Of a stretch of DNA of 64,000 nt, positions 10,069 through 17,734 are shown one piece after another. The DNA is from an uncultured Thermoleophilia bacterium (GTDB taxonomy: Bacteria > Actinomycetota > Thermoleophilia > UBA2241), in contig CAZHMG010000006.1 of assembly GCA_964533575.1 (NCBI GenBank), positions 51 through 64,050 of the forward strand. Direction: 5' to 3'. The position numbers were made by a program, and so were the translations under genes. The notes beneath the pieces are model-generated. The model worked only from the letters and a program-made list of their open reading frames with translations. It made no database searches and was not told where the DNA came from. Position 1 is the stretch's first letter. Each line of letters starts with the position of its first letter.

Positions 10069-11106
10069 GTGACCACGAGCAGACAGACTGAGGCAGCAGA
10101 GGGATCGCGCCCCGGACAGCGGATCTGTCCGGGGCGCGATCCCATCCTGACCACCCACGCCCTCGTCAAGGAGTTCGGCCCCCTGCGGGCCGTGGATGAT
10201 CTGGACATCTCCGTGTGCAGAGGCGACGTCTTCGGCTTCCTCGGGCCAAACGGCGCCGGCAAGACGACGGTCATCCGGCTCATCCTCGGATTGATACGGC
10301 CGACGAGCGGCTACGCCGAGATCGCCGGGCACCGTGTGCCGGGGGATCTGCAGGGCGCCCTTCGTCATGTCGGCGGCTTTGTTGATGACCCCACCTTCTA
10401 TCCGCTCATGAGCGCGCGGCGTAATCTCCGTCTTCTCGGAAGTATGAGTGGCCCCGTCAGCGGTGACCGCATTGACGAGGTGCTCGAAATCGCAGGGCTG
10501 AGCGATCGCGCCGACAGCCGCGTTGGCGGCTTCAGCCACGGCATGAAGCAGCGTCTCGGCATCGCCCAGGCGCTGCTTCACTCACCAGAGCTCATCGTTC
10601 TGGACGAACCCACCAGCGGCCTCGATCCTCGTGGTATGAAGGACGTTCGGGAACTGATCCGTCGCCTCGGCGCGACCGGCACCACCGTGTTCTTGAGCTC
10701 GCACCTGCTGCACGAAGTCGAGCAGGTGTGCACGCGTGCCGTGATCATCAATCGCGGACGTGTCGTCGTCCAGGGGCCCGTCTCCCAGTTGCGGCCCCAG
10801 AGCGACGCGGTGAAGGTGCTCACAGACGATCAGGCGCGCGCGGCGGAGGTCCTGCGCGCCCAGTTTGGCCTTGAGGGGGTGCGGGAGGACGAGGGCTACC
10901 TCGTGGTGCAGGCCGGTCAGGAATCCGTCGCTGAGATGGTGCGCGGGCTGGTGCGGGACGGCAGGGGTGTTCGCGCCGTCGTGCCGGCCCCGGAACAGGG
11001 TCTCGAGGACTTCTTCCTCGAACTCACGGGAGCCGATGACAGGCGTCCGGCTGCCAGGAAGCAGCAGGGCGGCCTGAAGCGTCTGCTGGCGGGGCGAGGA
11101 CGATGA
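10069..11106 (+). CDS. ABC transporter ATP-binding protein (ABC-2/BcrA-like)
   Basis: GPNGAGKT, FSHGMKQR, LDEPTSGLDP, SSHLL. Confidence 0.92.
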   Translation: MTTSRQTEAAEGSRPGQRICPGRDPILTTHALVKEFGPLRAVDDLDISVCRGDVFGFLGPNGAGKTTVIRLILGLIRPTSGYAEIAGHRVPGDLQGALRHVGGFVDDPTFYPLMSARRNLRLLGSMSGPVSGDRIDEVLEIAGLSDRADSRVGGFSHGMKQRLGIAQALLHSPELIVLDEPTSGLDPRGMKDVRELIRRLGATGTTVFLSSHLLHEVEQVCTRAVIINRGRVVVQGPVSQLRPQSDAVKVLTDDQARAAEVLRAQFGLEGVREDEGYLVVQAGQESVAEMVRGLVRDGRGVRAVVPAPEQGLEDFFLELTGADDRRPAARKQQGGLKRLLAGRGR

Positions 11107-12008
11107 GCTCGACGGCGGACACCACGGCCAAAAGGGCGAACTCGGTCGAGGCGGCTGCGGCGCATGGCAGCACGCTGCCGATGATGCAGGGTCATGCGTG
11201 GGGACCGCTGCGCCGCGAATGGCTCAAGCTCCTCTATCAGCGGCGTTCCTACGTGATCTGGGCGGGCGCCTTCGCCATTCCCTTCCTGACGGCTCTGGCG
11301 CTCTACCTCGCCGATGAGGGCCCGGGTGCGGGCGAGGGTCCGCTGTTCATGTCGCTCGTCACGAGCAACGGCATGTACGTGGCGCTGGCGTCACTCTCAG
11401 CATTGCTGCCGTTCCTGCTGCCGCTTGCCGCGGCCATGGTGGCAGGATACATGATTGCCGGTGAAGCTGAACTGGGAACTCTGCGCATCATTCTGCTGCG
11501 TCCGGTCAGACGAGGCTCGATGCTGCTCGCCAAGTGGAGCATCGCGATGGTGTATCTCGCTGTCGGGTTCGGTCTCATGCTCGCCGGCGGGCTGCTGTTC
11601 GGCGCATTATTCTTTGAGCTCAAACCTATGGTGACGCTCTCCGGCACAACGGTCGGCATCTGGCGTGGTCTGGGACTGACAATCCTCTGCTGCCTCTATG
11701 GGCTGGCGGCTATGGCCTGCATGGTGTCCCTGGCGCTCCTCTTCAGTACGCTGACCGACTCGAGCCTGACTGCGCTGATCGCCACGTTCGTCGTGTACAT
11801 CGTCATCCAGGTCGTGATTTCGTTCAGTTACTTCGACTGGCTTGCCCCTTGGGTCTTTCCTCACTATTTCCTCGAGTACGTGAACTTCTTCCGTGACCCG
11901 ATCCACTGGGATCCGATAGTCCAAGGACTGGCGGCTTTCGGCGCGTGGAGCGCTGCTCTGACGTTTGCGGCCTATGTTGTGTTCCGCCGCAAGGACGTGT
12001 TGTCGTGA
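11103..12008 (+). CDS. ABC-2 type permease
   Basis: About 6 TM segments, IAGEAELGTLR..LLRPV.R...LLAKW, C-terminal FRRKDV. ATGA overlap. Confidence 0.85.
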   Translation: MSSTADTTAKRANSVEAAAAHGSTLPMMQGHAWGPLRREWLKLLYQRRSYVIWAGAFAIPFLTALALYLADEGPGAGEGPLFMSLVTSNGMYVALASLSALLPFLLPLAAAMVAGYMIAGEAELGTLRIILLRPVRRGSMLLAKWSIAMVYLAVGFGLMLAGGLLFGALFFELKPMVTLSGTTVGIWRGLGLTILCCLYGLAAMACMVSLALLFSTLTDSSLTALIATFVVYIVIQVVISFSYFDWLAPWVFPHYFLEYVNFFRDPIHWDPIVQGLAAFGAWSAALTFAAYVVFRRKDVLS

Positions 12009-13156
12009 CAACAGGGCCGGGACAGATTCCCAAGGTCATGCGGGCCGTGCAGTTGACCAAGCCCGCTCCCGTTTCCGAGGCCCCCCTGCGCCTCGTCGAA
12101 CTCCCGGTGCCTGCTCCAGGTCCGGCTGACGTACTGCTGCGCGTCCGCGCCTGCGGCGTCTGCCGCACCGACCTGCACATTGTTGAGGGCGACCTCCCGC
12201 CGCATCGCTCGCCCGTCGTGCCCGGGCATCAGGTCGTCGGCGAGGTCGTGGCATTCGGCGACGGCGCGCGGAATGTCTCGCCGGGAGGCGAGACCGGATC
12301 CGCGCCGCTAAGCCTGAACGAGCGTGTGGGTGTTCCTTGGCTGCACAGGACGGACGGCTCCTGCCGGTTCTGTCGCCGGGGCGACGAGAATCTGTGCGAG
12401 CATCCCCTCTTCACCGGGTGGGATGTGGACGGTGGCTTCGCCGAGTACATGGTGGCGCCCGCCGCCTTCGTCTATCGCCTGCCCGCGAACATGGGCGACC
12501 TCGCCGCAGCGCCTCTGCTCTGCGCGGGCATCATTGGCTACCGCTGTCTGCGACTGGTCGGCATAGTAGGCCGCGAAAGCGGTTTGCCGGGCAGTGGCCG
12601 GACGGTCAGTGGGCGAGCCGGGCAGGACCTGCCGGCTCCGTTGCCGTCGCCGGGAGGCGTTCGCCGTGTCGGCATCTATGGCTTTGGATCTGCCGCATCC
12701 TTGTGCACCCAGGTCGCGCTGTGGCGAGGCTGGGATGTCTACGCGTTCACGCGCGGCGCCCCTCATCGCGACCTCGCTCTCGAGCTCGGGGCCGTCTGGG
12801 CTGGAGAGACCGACGATGACCCTGGCGTACGGCTGGACGCAGCGATCGTCTTCGCGCCGGCAGGCGAGCTGGCGATCGCTGCCCTGCGCCGCTTGGACAA
12901 GGGCGGTATCGTCGCGCTCGGCGGGATCTACAGTACGCCGATCCCGCCGATCGAGTATCCGTGGATCTACCAGGAACGCGTCGTGCGCAGCGTGGCCAAT
13001 TCGACGCGTCAGGATGGGCGGGAGCTCTTGCGCGACGCCGCCCTCATCCCAGTGCAGAGCCGCGTGCAGGAGTATCCGTTCGAGGAGGCCAACAGAGCGC
13101 TCCTCGACCTGAAGCAGGATCGAGTGCGGGGGTCGGCGGTCCTGCGAGTGGGCTAG
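12005..13156 (+). CDS. Zinc-dependent alcohol dehydrogenase family protein
   Basis: CGVCRTDLH, PGHQVVG, structural-Zn C..C..C.......C, APLLCAG, GIYGFG. GTGA overlap start at 12005; alternative ATG at 12038. Confidence 0.88.
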   Translation: MTTGPGQIPKVMRAVQLTKPAPVSEAPLRLVELPVPAPGPADVLLRVRACGVCRTDLHIVEGDLPPHRSPVVPGHQVVGEVVAFGDGARNVSPGGETGSAPLSLNERVGVPWLHRTDGSCRFCRRGDENLCEHPLFTGWDVDGGFAEYMVAPAAFVYRLPANMGDLAAAPLLCAGIIGYRCLRLVGIVGRESGLPGSGRTVSGRAGQDLPAPLPSPGGVRRVGIYGFGSAASLCTQVALWRGWDVYAFTRGAPHRDLALELGAVWAGETDDDPGVRLDAAIVFAPAGELAIAALRRLDKGGIVALGGIYSTPIPPIEYPWIYQERVVRSVANSTRQDGRELLRDAALIPVQSRVQEYPFEEANRALLDLKQDRVRGSAVLRVG

Positions 13157-13509
13157 GTCCGGCGCGATTGGTGGGATGGGACGTCGTACCCACGGGGGAC
13201 AGGTCGTGCCGCGTTGCCTGCCAAGGGCAACGTTTCCTGTCTTCCGGCACGCGTCGCCCGGTCGGAGTCTGAAACCGAAGCGGCTCTGGCCGAACGACAG
13301 AGCTCAGCTTCTCGTCGGCAACCGGAACCCGCCAATCCCGGTCGAGGCCCTTCCGGCAGTGGGCCGCTGAGCGGCTGGCAACCGGCTTCATTCTCACGGC
13401 CCCTCTGAAGGCGGTCCCAGATGGGGAGAAACAGGTGAGGCGGAGGACCTGAGGCGAGATCGGGTCTGTGGCAGCACTGCACAAGGCGCAGGTCTGCCAC
13501 GCCCTCGCG

Positions 13510-13776
13510 CTAGCCGCCGGCGATCGGCGACACCAGGTCCAGACGGTCCCCAGCCTCGAGCTTCGTCGTCATGGCTTCGGGCGCCGGCAGGGATGATCCG
13601 TTCAGCAGCACATGAACAAGGAGCTGCCTGCCCGAGAGGATCCGCCCCGCAAACCGGGGGATCGTGACGGCCACCTGCAGGACGGCGTCTCCGACCGTTG
13701 CCGCCTCTGACTCGAACGTCCGCGCCGGCTCGGGCGCAGTGAGGGTCGACGGCAGGACAACGGTCACGCGCGGCAT
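13510..13776 (-). CDS. MoaD/ThiS-family sulfur carrier protein
   Basis: 88 aa beta-grasp pattern (TVGDAV, VLLNG, LEAGDRL) ending in IAGG. Confidence 0.8.
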   Translation of the reverse strand: MPRVTVVLPSTLTAPEPARTFESEAATVGDAVLQVAVTIPRFAGRILSGRQLLVHVLLNGSSLPAPEAMTTKLEAGDRLDLVSPIAGG

Positions 13777-13819
13777 CTCGGCCCGTCCGCCTGGGATTCT
13801 CCTCGCAGGCTTCGCCTTC

Positions 13820-14750
13820 TCAAGCGATCATCCGCTCAACGGCTCGAAAGGCGGCCTGCCGGATCTGCTCCGGCACGGAGACCTCGTGCTCGAGGACGTC
13901 GTCCCATTCCTCCTCCAGCGTCGCGACGCACTTCTCAAGCGTCGTCCGCTTCATATTGGGGCAGATGGCCGTGCGTGAAGCCGGTACGAAGGTACGGTCG
14001 GGGTAGGACATTCGCAGGCGATGCAGCATGCCGGTTTCGGTGGCGACGACGAACGTCCGGGCCGCGCTGGTGGAGGGATGGCGCAGCATGCCGGACGTGC
14101 TGGTCACGACGTCGGCGATCTCCAGCACCTCGCGACGGCACTCCGGATGAGCCATGAGGACCGCGCCGGGATGCTCAGCGAGCACCTGTGCAATCTCGGC
14201 CGCGCTGAAAGCATCGTGCACATGACAATAGCCCGGCCACAGGATCATGGTGTCCGTGCGGCCCGTGCTCCGCGCCACATAGTCTCCGAGATTGCGATCC
14301 GGGACGAAGATGATCCTCTGATCCTTGGGGAATCGATTCACGACTTCGATGGCATTCGCGCTCGTGCAGCAGACGTCCGTCTCGGCCTTCACGGCTGCAG
14401 ACGTGTTCACGTAGGCAACAACGACGGCATCCGGATGCTCCGCCTTCAGGGTTCGCAGGCCGGCCGCCGTCACCATGTCGGCCATCGGGCAGCCCGCATG
14501 CTTGTCCGGCATGAGCACGGTCTTGTGGGGCGAGAGGATGTACGCCGTCTCGGCCATGAAGTGCACGCCGCAGAAGAGGATGACACTATGGTTGTCGTTC
14601 GCCGCGATCCTCGCCAGCTCGAGCGAATCGCCAGTGTAGTCTGCTGCGCCCTGGACCTCGGCGCGCTGGTAGTTGTGTCGCGAGGCTGACGGTGTCGCGC
14701 TCGACGGCGAGGCGGCGAAGGCGCTGCTGGGGATCGTTCAGTTCAGGCAT
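13820..14750 (-). pseudogene. nadA: Quinolinate synthase NadA with a single-base (+1) frameshift near 14678
   Basis: GGAG RBS, ATG at 14750, MPELNDPQQRLRRLAVERDTVSLA, one extra base, then HNYQRAEVQ..DYTGDSLELAR..FCGVHFMAETA, GCPMAD, YVNTSA, CHVH, AHPEC, CPNMK. The span is 931 nt (3n+1). The ORF track recovers only 13820-14566. Confidence 0.88.
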
Positions 14751-14822
14751 GTGAGGCTCCCGATCGTCGCCACGAATGCTGAGGGGCCGGTGGTGTGTCG
14801 TCCGCCGGCCCCCACCCGACGA

Positions 14823-15788
14823 TTATAGCCGTCCGGCATGCTCGACGGCGTCGTCTGGTGCCCCGGCATCAGCGCGCTCCAGCCGTTCCGCGTCTGCTCC
14901 GGCTTCGTCTATCAGCCGCGGCCCCGCGTCTTCTGCCGGCCGGCGCTCCAGCGCCCGATTCAGCTCCACGCCGATGAGGGCGCCGACGTTCAGGATCCAG
15001 ACCCAGACCAGGAAGGCCACCGCCGCGCCCAGCGTCCCGTAGACCTTGTTGTAGGAGGCGAAATTGGCGAGGTAGAAGCTGAAGCAGATCGAAGCGATGT
15101 ACCAGAGGACCAGGGCCGCGCAGGCGCCTGCGGTGAGGCGCCAGAGCCTCGGCTGACGGCGTGACGGGGCGAATCTGTAGAGCAGTGTGAGCATGACGAG
15201 GGCGGCGATGAAGAGCAGCGGTGACGCGGATTCGGACCACGTGTACAAGGCACCGTCCTCGAAGCCGAGGCTGCGGGCAATGGTGTCGCCGAGTGGACCC
15301 AGGAGGGTCACCATGGCCGCCGCTGTGGTGAAGAGGACGATGAGGAGAAGCGCGAGGCCGACCCGCACGGGCAAGCCCTGCCAGTAGGATCGCCGGGCGG
15401 GAGGATCGTAGATCCTGTCCGAGGCCCACATGAAAGCCATGACGTAGCCGGATGCCGACCAGAGTGAGACGATGACGCCTGCCCCCAGATAGATGCCGGT
15501 GGCTCGCGAATCGAGGATGCTCGTGAGGACGCCGCCGACGAGGTCGACAGCCCACTCCGAATCAGTCCGATCGGCGACGCCGTCCAGCAGTTGCGACAGC
15601 GTATCTGGCGAGAGCCCGATGAATCCCAGCAGCGCGACGACGATGAACAGGGCCGGAAAAAGCGAGAGGACGGTGTAGTAGGTCAGCGCGGCGGACATCT
15701 GCATCACGTTGTGATTGAGAAAGTCGTTCACGAGCGCGAAAGCGTGCCGTCGAGCGCTGCCTGCATATCTTCGGAACTGGACCTTCAC
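14823..15788 (-). CDS. YihY/virulence factor BrkB family membrane protein
   Basis: SAALTYYTVLSLFP, SLWSASG, YNKVYGTLGAAVAFLVWVW, IGVELN. Confidence 0.9.
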   Translation of the reverse strand: MKVQFRRYAGSARRHAFALVNDFLNHNVMQMSAALTYYTVLSLFPALFIVVALLGFIGLSPDTLSQLLDGVADRTDSEWAVDLVGGVLTSILDSRATGIYLGAGVIVSLWSASGYVMAFMWASDRIYDPPARRSYWQGLPVRVGLALLLIVLFTTAAAMVTLLGPLGDTIARSLGFEDGALYTWSESASPLLFIAALVMLTLLYRFAPSRRQPRLWRLTAGACAALVLWYIASICFSFYLANFASYNKVYGTLGAAVAFLVWVWILNVGALIGVELNRALERRPAEDAGPRLIDEAGADAERLERADAGAPDDAVEHAGRL

Positions 15789-15854
15789 CGCTCGCCTGCC
15801 CTAATTTGAGGACTGAAGCTAGCCTACAGTACGCGCAGTGGGTTGGGAGGACCG

Positions 15855-16529
15855 TCAGGAGGCGTCCGGAGCGATCGCCCCGCCTTCTCCCTCGCGCACA
15901 GCCCTCAACCTTTCCTTGAAGCCGGTCTCCTCCATGATCGTCTGGACCTCCTTCACTGCGTCCTCTGGGGGAAAGAGGGGCCCGAGTCCCAGTTCAGCCC
16001 GGATCTCGAGCAGGTGCTCCATATAGGAGGTCCAGTGTTCGCCCCATGCGTCGGCGATGGCCGGGAAGAGCAGGTGCGGATCCCCGCCCATGCCTTTCTC
16101 GTAGAATGTGGCACACCACTCTGCGAACGGCTTCACGTGCCTGTGCGCTTGGCCGCTCTCGACCTGAAGGCCGCGCAGGACCTGATTGATGACCGCCACG
16201 CTGTTGTGCCTGGGGCAACGACTCTGGCACGTGTAGCAGTAGTAGCAGAACCAGAGGGAATCCTCCGTCAGGAGGCTTTCGTCCCCGTCGAGGGCTCGTC
16301 GTGCGATCTCGCGGGGCGAGTAGTCGGTGAACCGCGCGGCGGGACAGCCGGACGTGCAAATGCCGCACTGGATGCAGCTGCGAAACCCTTCTCTGTGATC
16401 GTGCATCCGCGGGTCATCGAGTATTCGCTGAACGAGATCCGGATTGCGTCTGGGCGCCTGCGCGAAGCTGTTATCGGCGATGACAGCGTAGGGATTCACA
16501 GGCGGCGCAGACTGAGCCTCATCGGTCAT
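15855..16529 (-). CDS. hdrC: Heterodisulfide reductase subunit C-like (2x[4Fe-4S])
   Basis: CIQCGICTSGCP and WFCYYCYTCQSRCPR. GGAGG RBS, with ATG 16529 overlapping the upstream stop. Confidence 0.82.
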   Translation of the reverse strand: MTDEAQSAPPVNPYAVIADNSFAQAPRRNPDLVQRILDDPRMHDHREGFRSCIQCGICTSGCPAARFTDYSPREIARRALDGDESLLTEDSLWFCYYCYTCQSRCPRHNSVAVINQVLRGLQVESGQAHRHVKPFAEWCATFYEKGMGGDPHLLFPAIADAWGEHWTSYMEHLLEIRAELGLGPLFPPEDAVKEVQTIMEETGFKERLRAVREGEGGAIAPDAS

Positions 16530-17734
16530 TGCTGGTCCTCCGGAACGTTCGGGGCTGCCCGGAAGAACTCGGGCCAGAAGTGTACAGTCACCGGACAATT
16601 CAGCTCTCTGGCGGCGGAGCGGAGATTGTCGCAACAGAGAGAGCAGGTGCTCACGACGGGCGAATCATGCGTTGCGGCGAAGTCGAGGAGCATCGCGCTC
16701 GCTTTGGTCGCGCCGCGGTACATCCCGCCCAGCGCCCCGCAGCACCCGTTGTGGAGACTCGGATAGGTTCGACGGACCTTGACGCCGGCGAGGCGTGCAG
16801 CAGCGCCGAGTGCGGACAGGGACTGGTCCCGCCGCGCGAGACAGCCAACGTAGGGGACGAAGGAGGGCGACGCAGCCTGCAGGGCGATGCCGCTTCTCTG
16901 AGCCTGCGCGACCAAGGTATCCCACAGCGGGACCGTGGAGACGCCCGCCTTCTCGAGCGTGGCATCACAGGCTGGGCATGCCGTCTGTATGGTCTCCTCG
17001 CTATGGTACCTACTGCCGACGGCGCCCCGGCTGGGATGGCCGCAGCAACCGGCGTCCGCCAAATCCAGGCGGACGCCGAATCCCGCGGCCACATCGTGCA
17101 CCAGGCCGTGCAGCTCGCCGTCCTGCGGCAGAGAGCAGCCTGCGTAGAAGGGCAGGGAGACGACATCGCCGGCTGCCTGGTGTCTCGCAGGGGAGCCCAG
17201 TCGCGCCGCGTCATCCATCCCCGCTGTGGCTCCGGGCAGCTTGCGGGCGAGCGGCAGCTTCTGCCGTGCGAGTCGCATGCCCATGGCGATCATGCCCGGT
17301 TTGTCCTTTGGCACATGGCCATGGGCCATCATTCCGACACCCAGCCGCATCGAATCAATGCGCGGCTGTCGATGCAGTTGTGCAGCGGCAAGGTCCGCCG
17401 CCGATCGCTCAGGGCACCGGATGGTGGTTCCATGCTCGCGCTCGAGCTGCCGCAGGCGGCGAAGGATACCCGCCACGTCTATCTCCATGCGACAGACGTC
17501 GCTGCAGGCCCCGCATCCAGTGCAGCGCCAGAGGTCGTCGCTCTTCAGGACGGCCTCGATGTCGCCGGCCAAGATAAGCCGCACGAGCCTGCGAGGCCCG
17601 CGATACAGCTCGCGTCCGCTCGGGCAGGAGGACGTGCAAGTGCCGCACTGGTAGCAGGGATAACACTCCCGGGCCAGGCTCTTGAACTCGGCCTGCACTG
17701 CCGCCGGGTATGGCTGTCTACCGCTGGTCGCCAC
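16526..17734 (-). CDS. HdrC-like dicluster domain fused to two compact CCG domains (HdrC/B or HdrD-like)
   Basis: CYQCGTCTSSCP, WRCTGCGACSDVC, then FYAGC..GCCG..ACPAC and YVGC..GCCG..TCSLC. Confidence 0.78.
   Translation of the reverse strand: MATSGRQPYPAAVQAEFKSLARECYPCYQCGTCTSSCPSGRELYRGPRRLVRLILAGDIEAVLKSDDLWRCTGCGACSDVCRMEIDVAGILRRLRQLEREHGTTIRCPERSAADLAAAQLHRQPRIDSMRLGVGMMAHGHVPKDKPGMIAMGMRLARQKLPLARKLPGATAGMDDAARLGSPARHQAAGDVVSLPFYAGCSLPQDGELHGLVHDVAAGFGVRLDLADAGCCGHPSRGAVGSRYHSEETIQTACPACDATLEKAGVSTVPLWDTLVAQAQRSGIALQAASPSFVPYVGCLARRDQSLSALGAAARLAGVKVRRTYPSLHNGCCGALGGMYRGATKASAMLLDFAATHDSPVVSTCSLCCDNLRSAARELNCPVTVHFWPEFFRAAPNVPEDQQ

Noticed and set aside
13169-13193. tRNA/tmRNA-like 3' end on the minus strand (GTGGG-TACGACGT-CCCAT-CCCACCA)
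   Set aside because: The loop is not TTCRANT, the acceptor strand is too short, and there is no matching 5' end or tag ORF.
13153-13500. 115-aa minus-strand ORF after moaD
   Set aside because: No recognisable motif, an R/P/G/A-rich shadow-ORF composition and a weak RBS. Read-through is unlikely because MoaD needs a free C-terminal GG.
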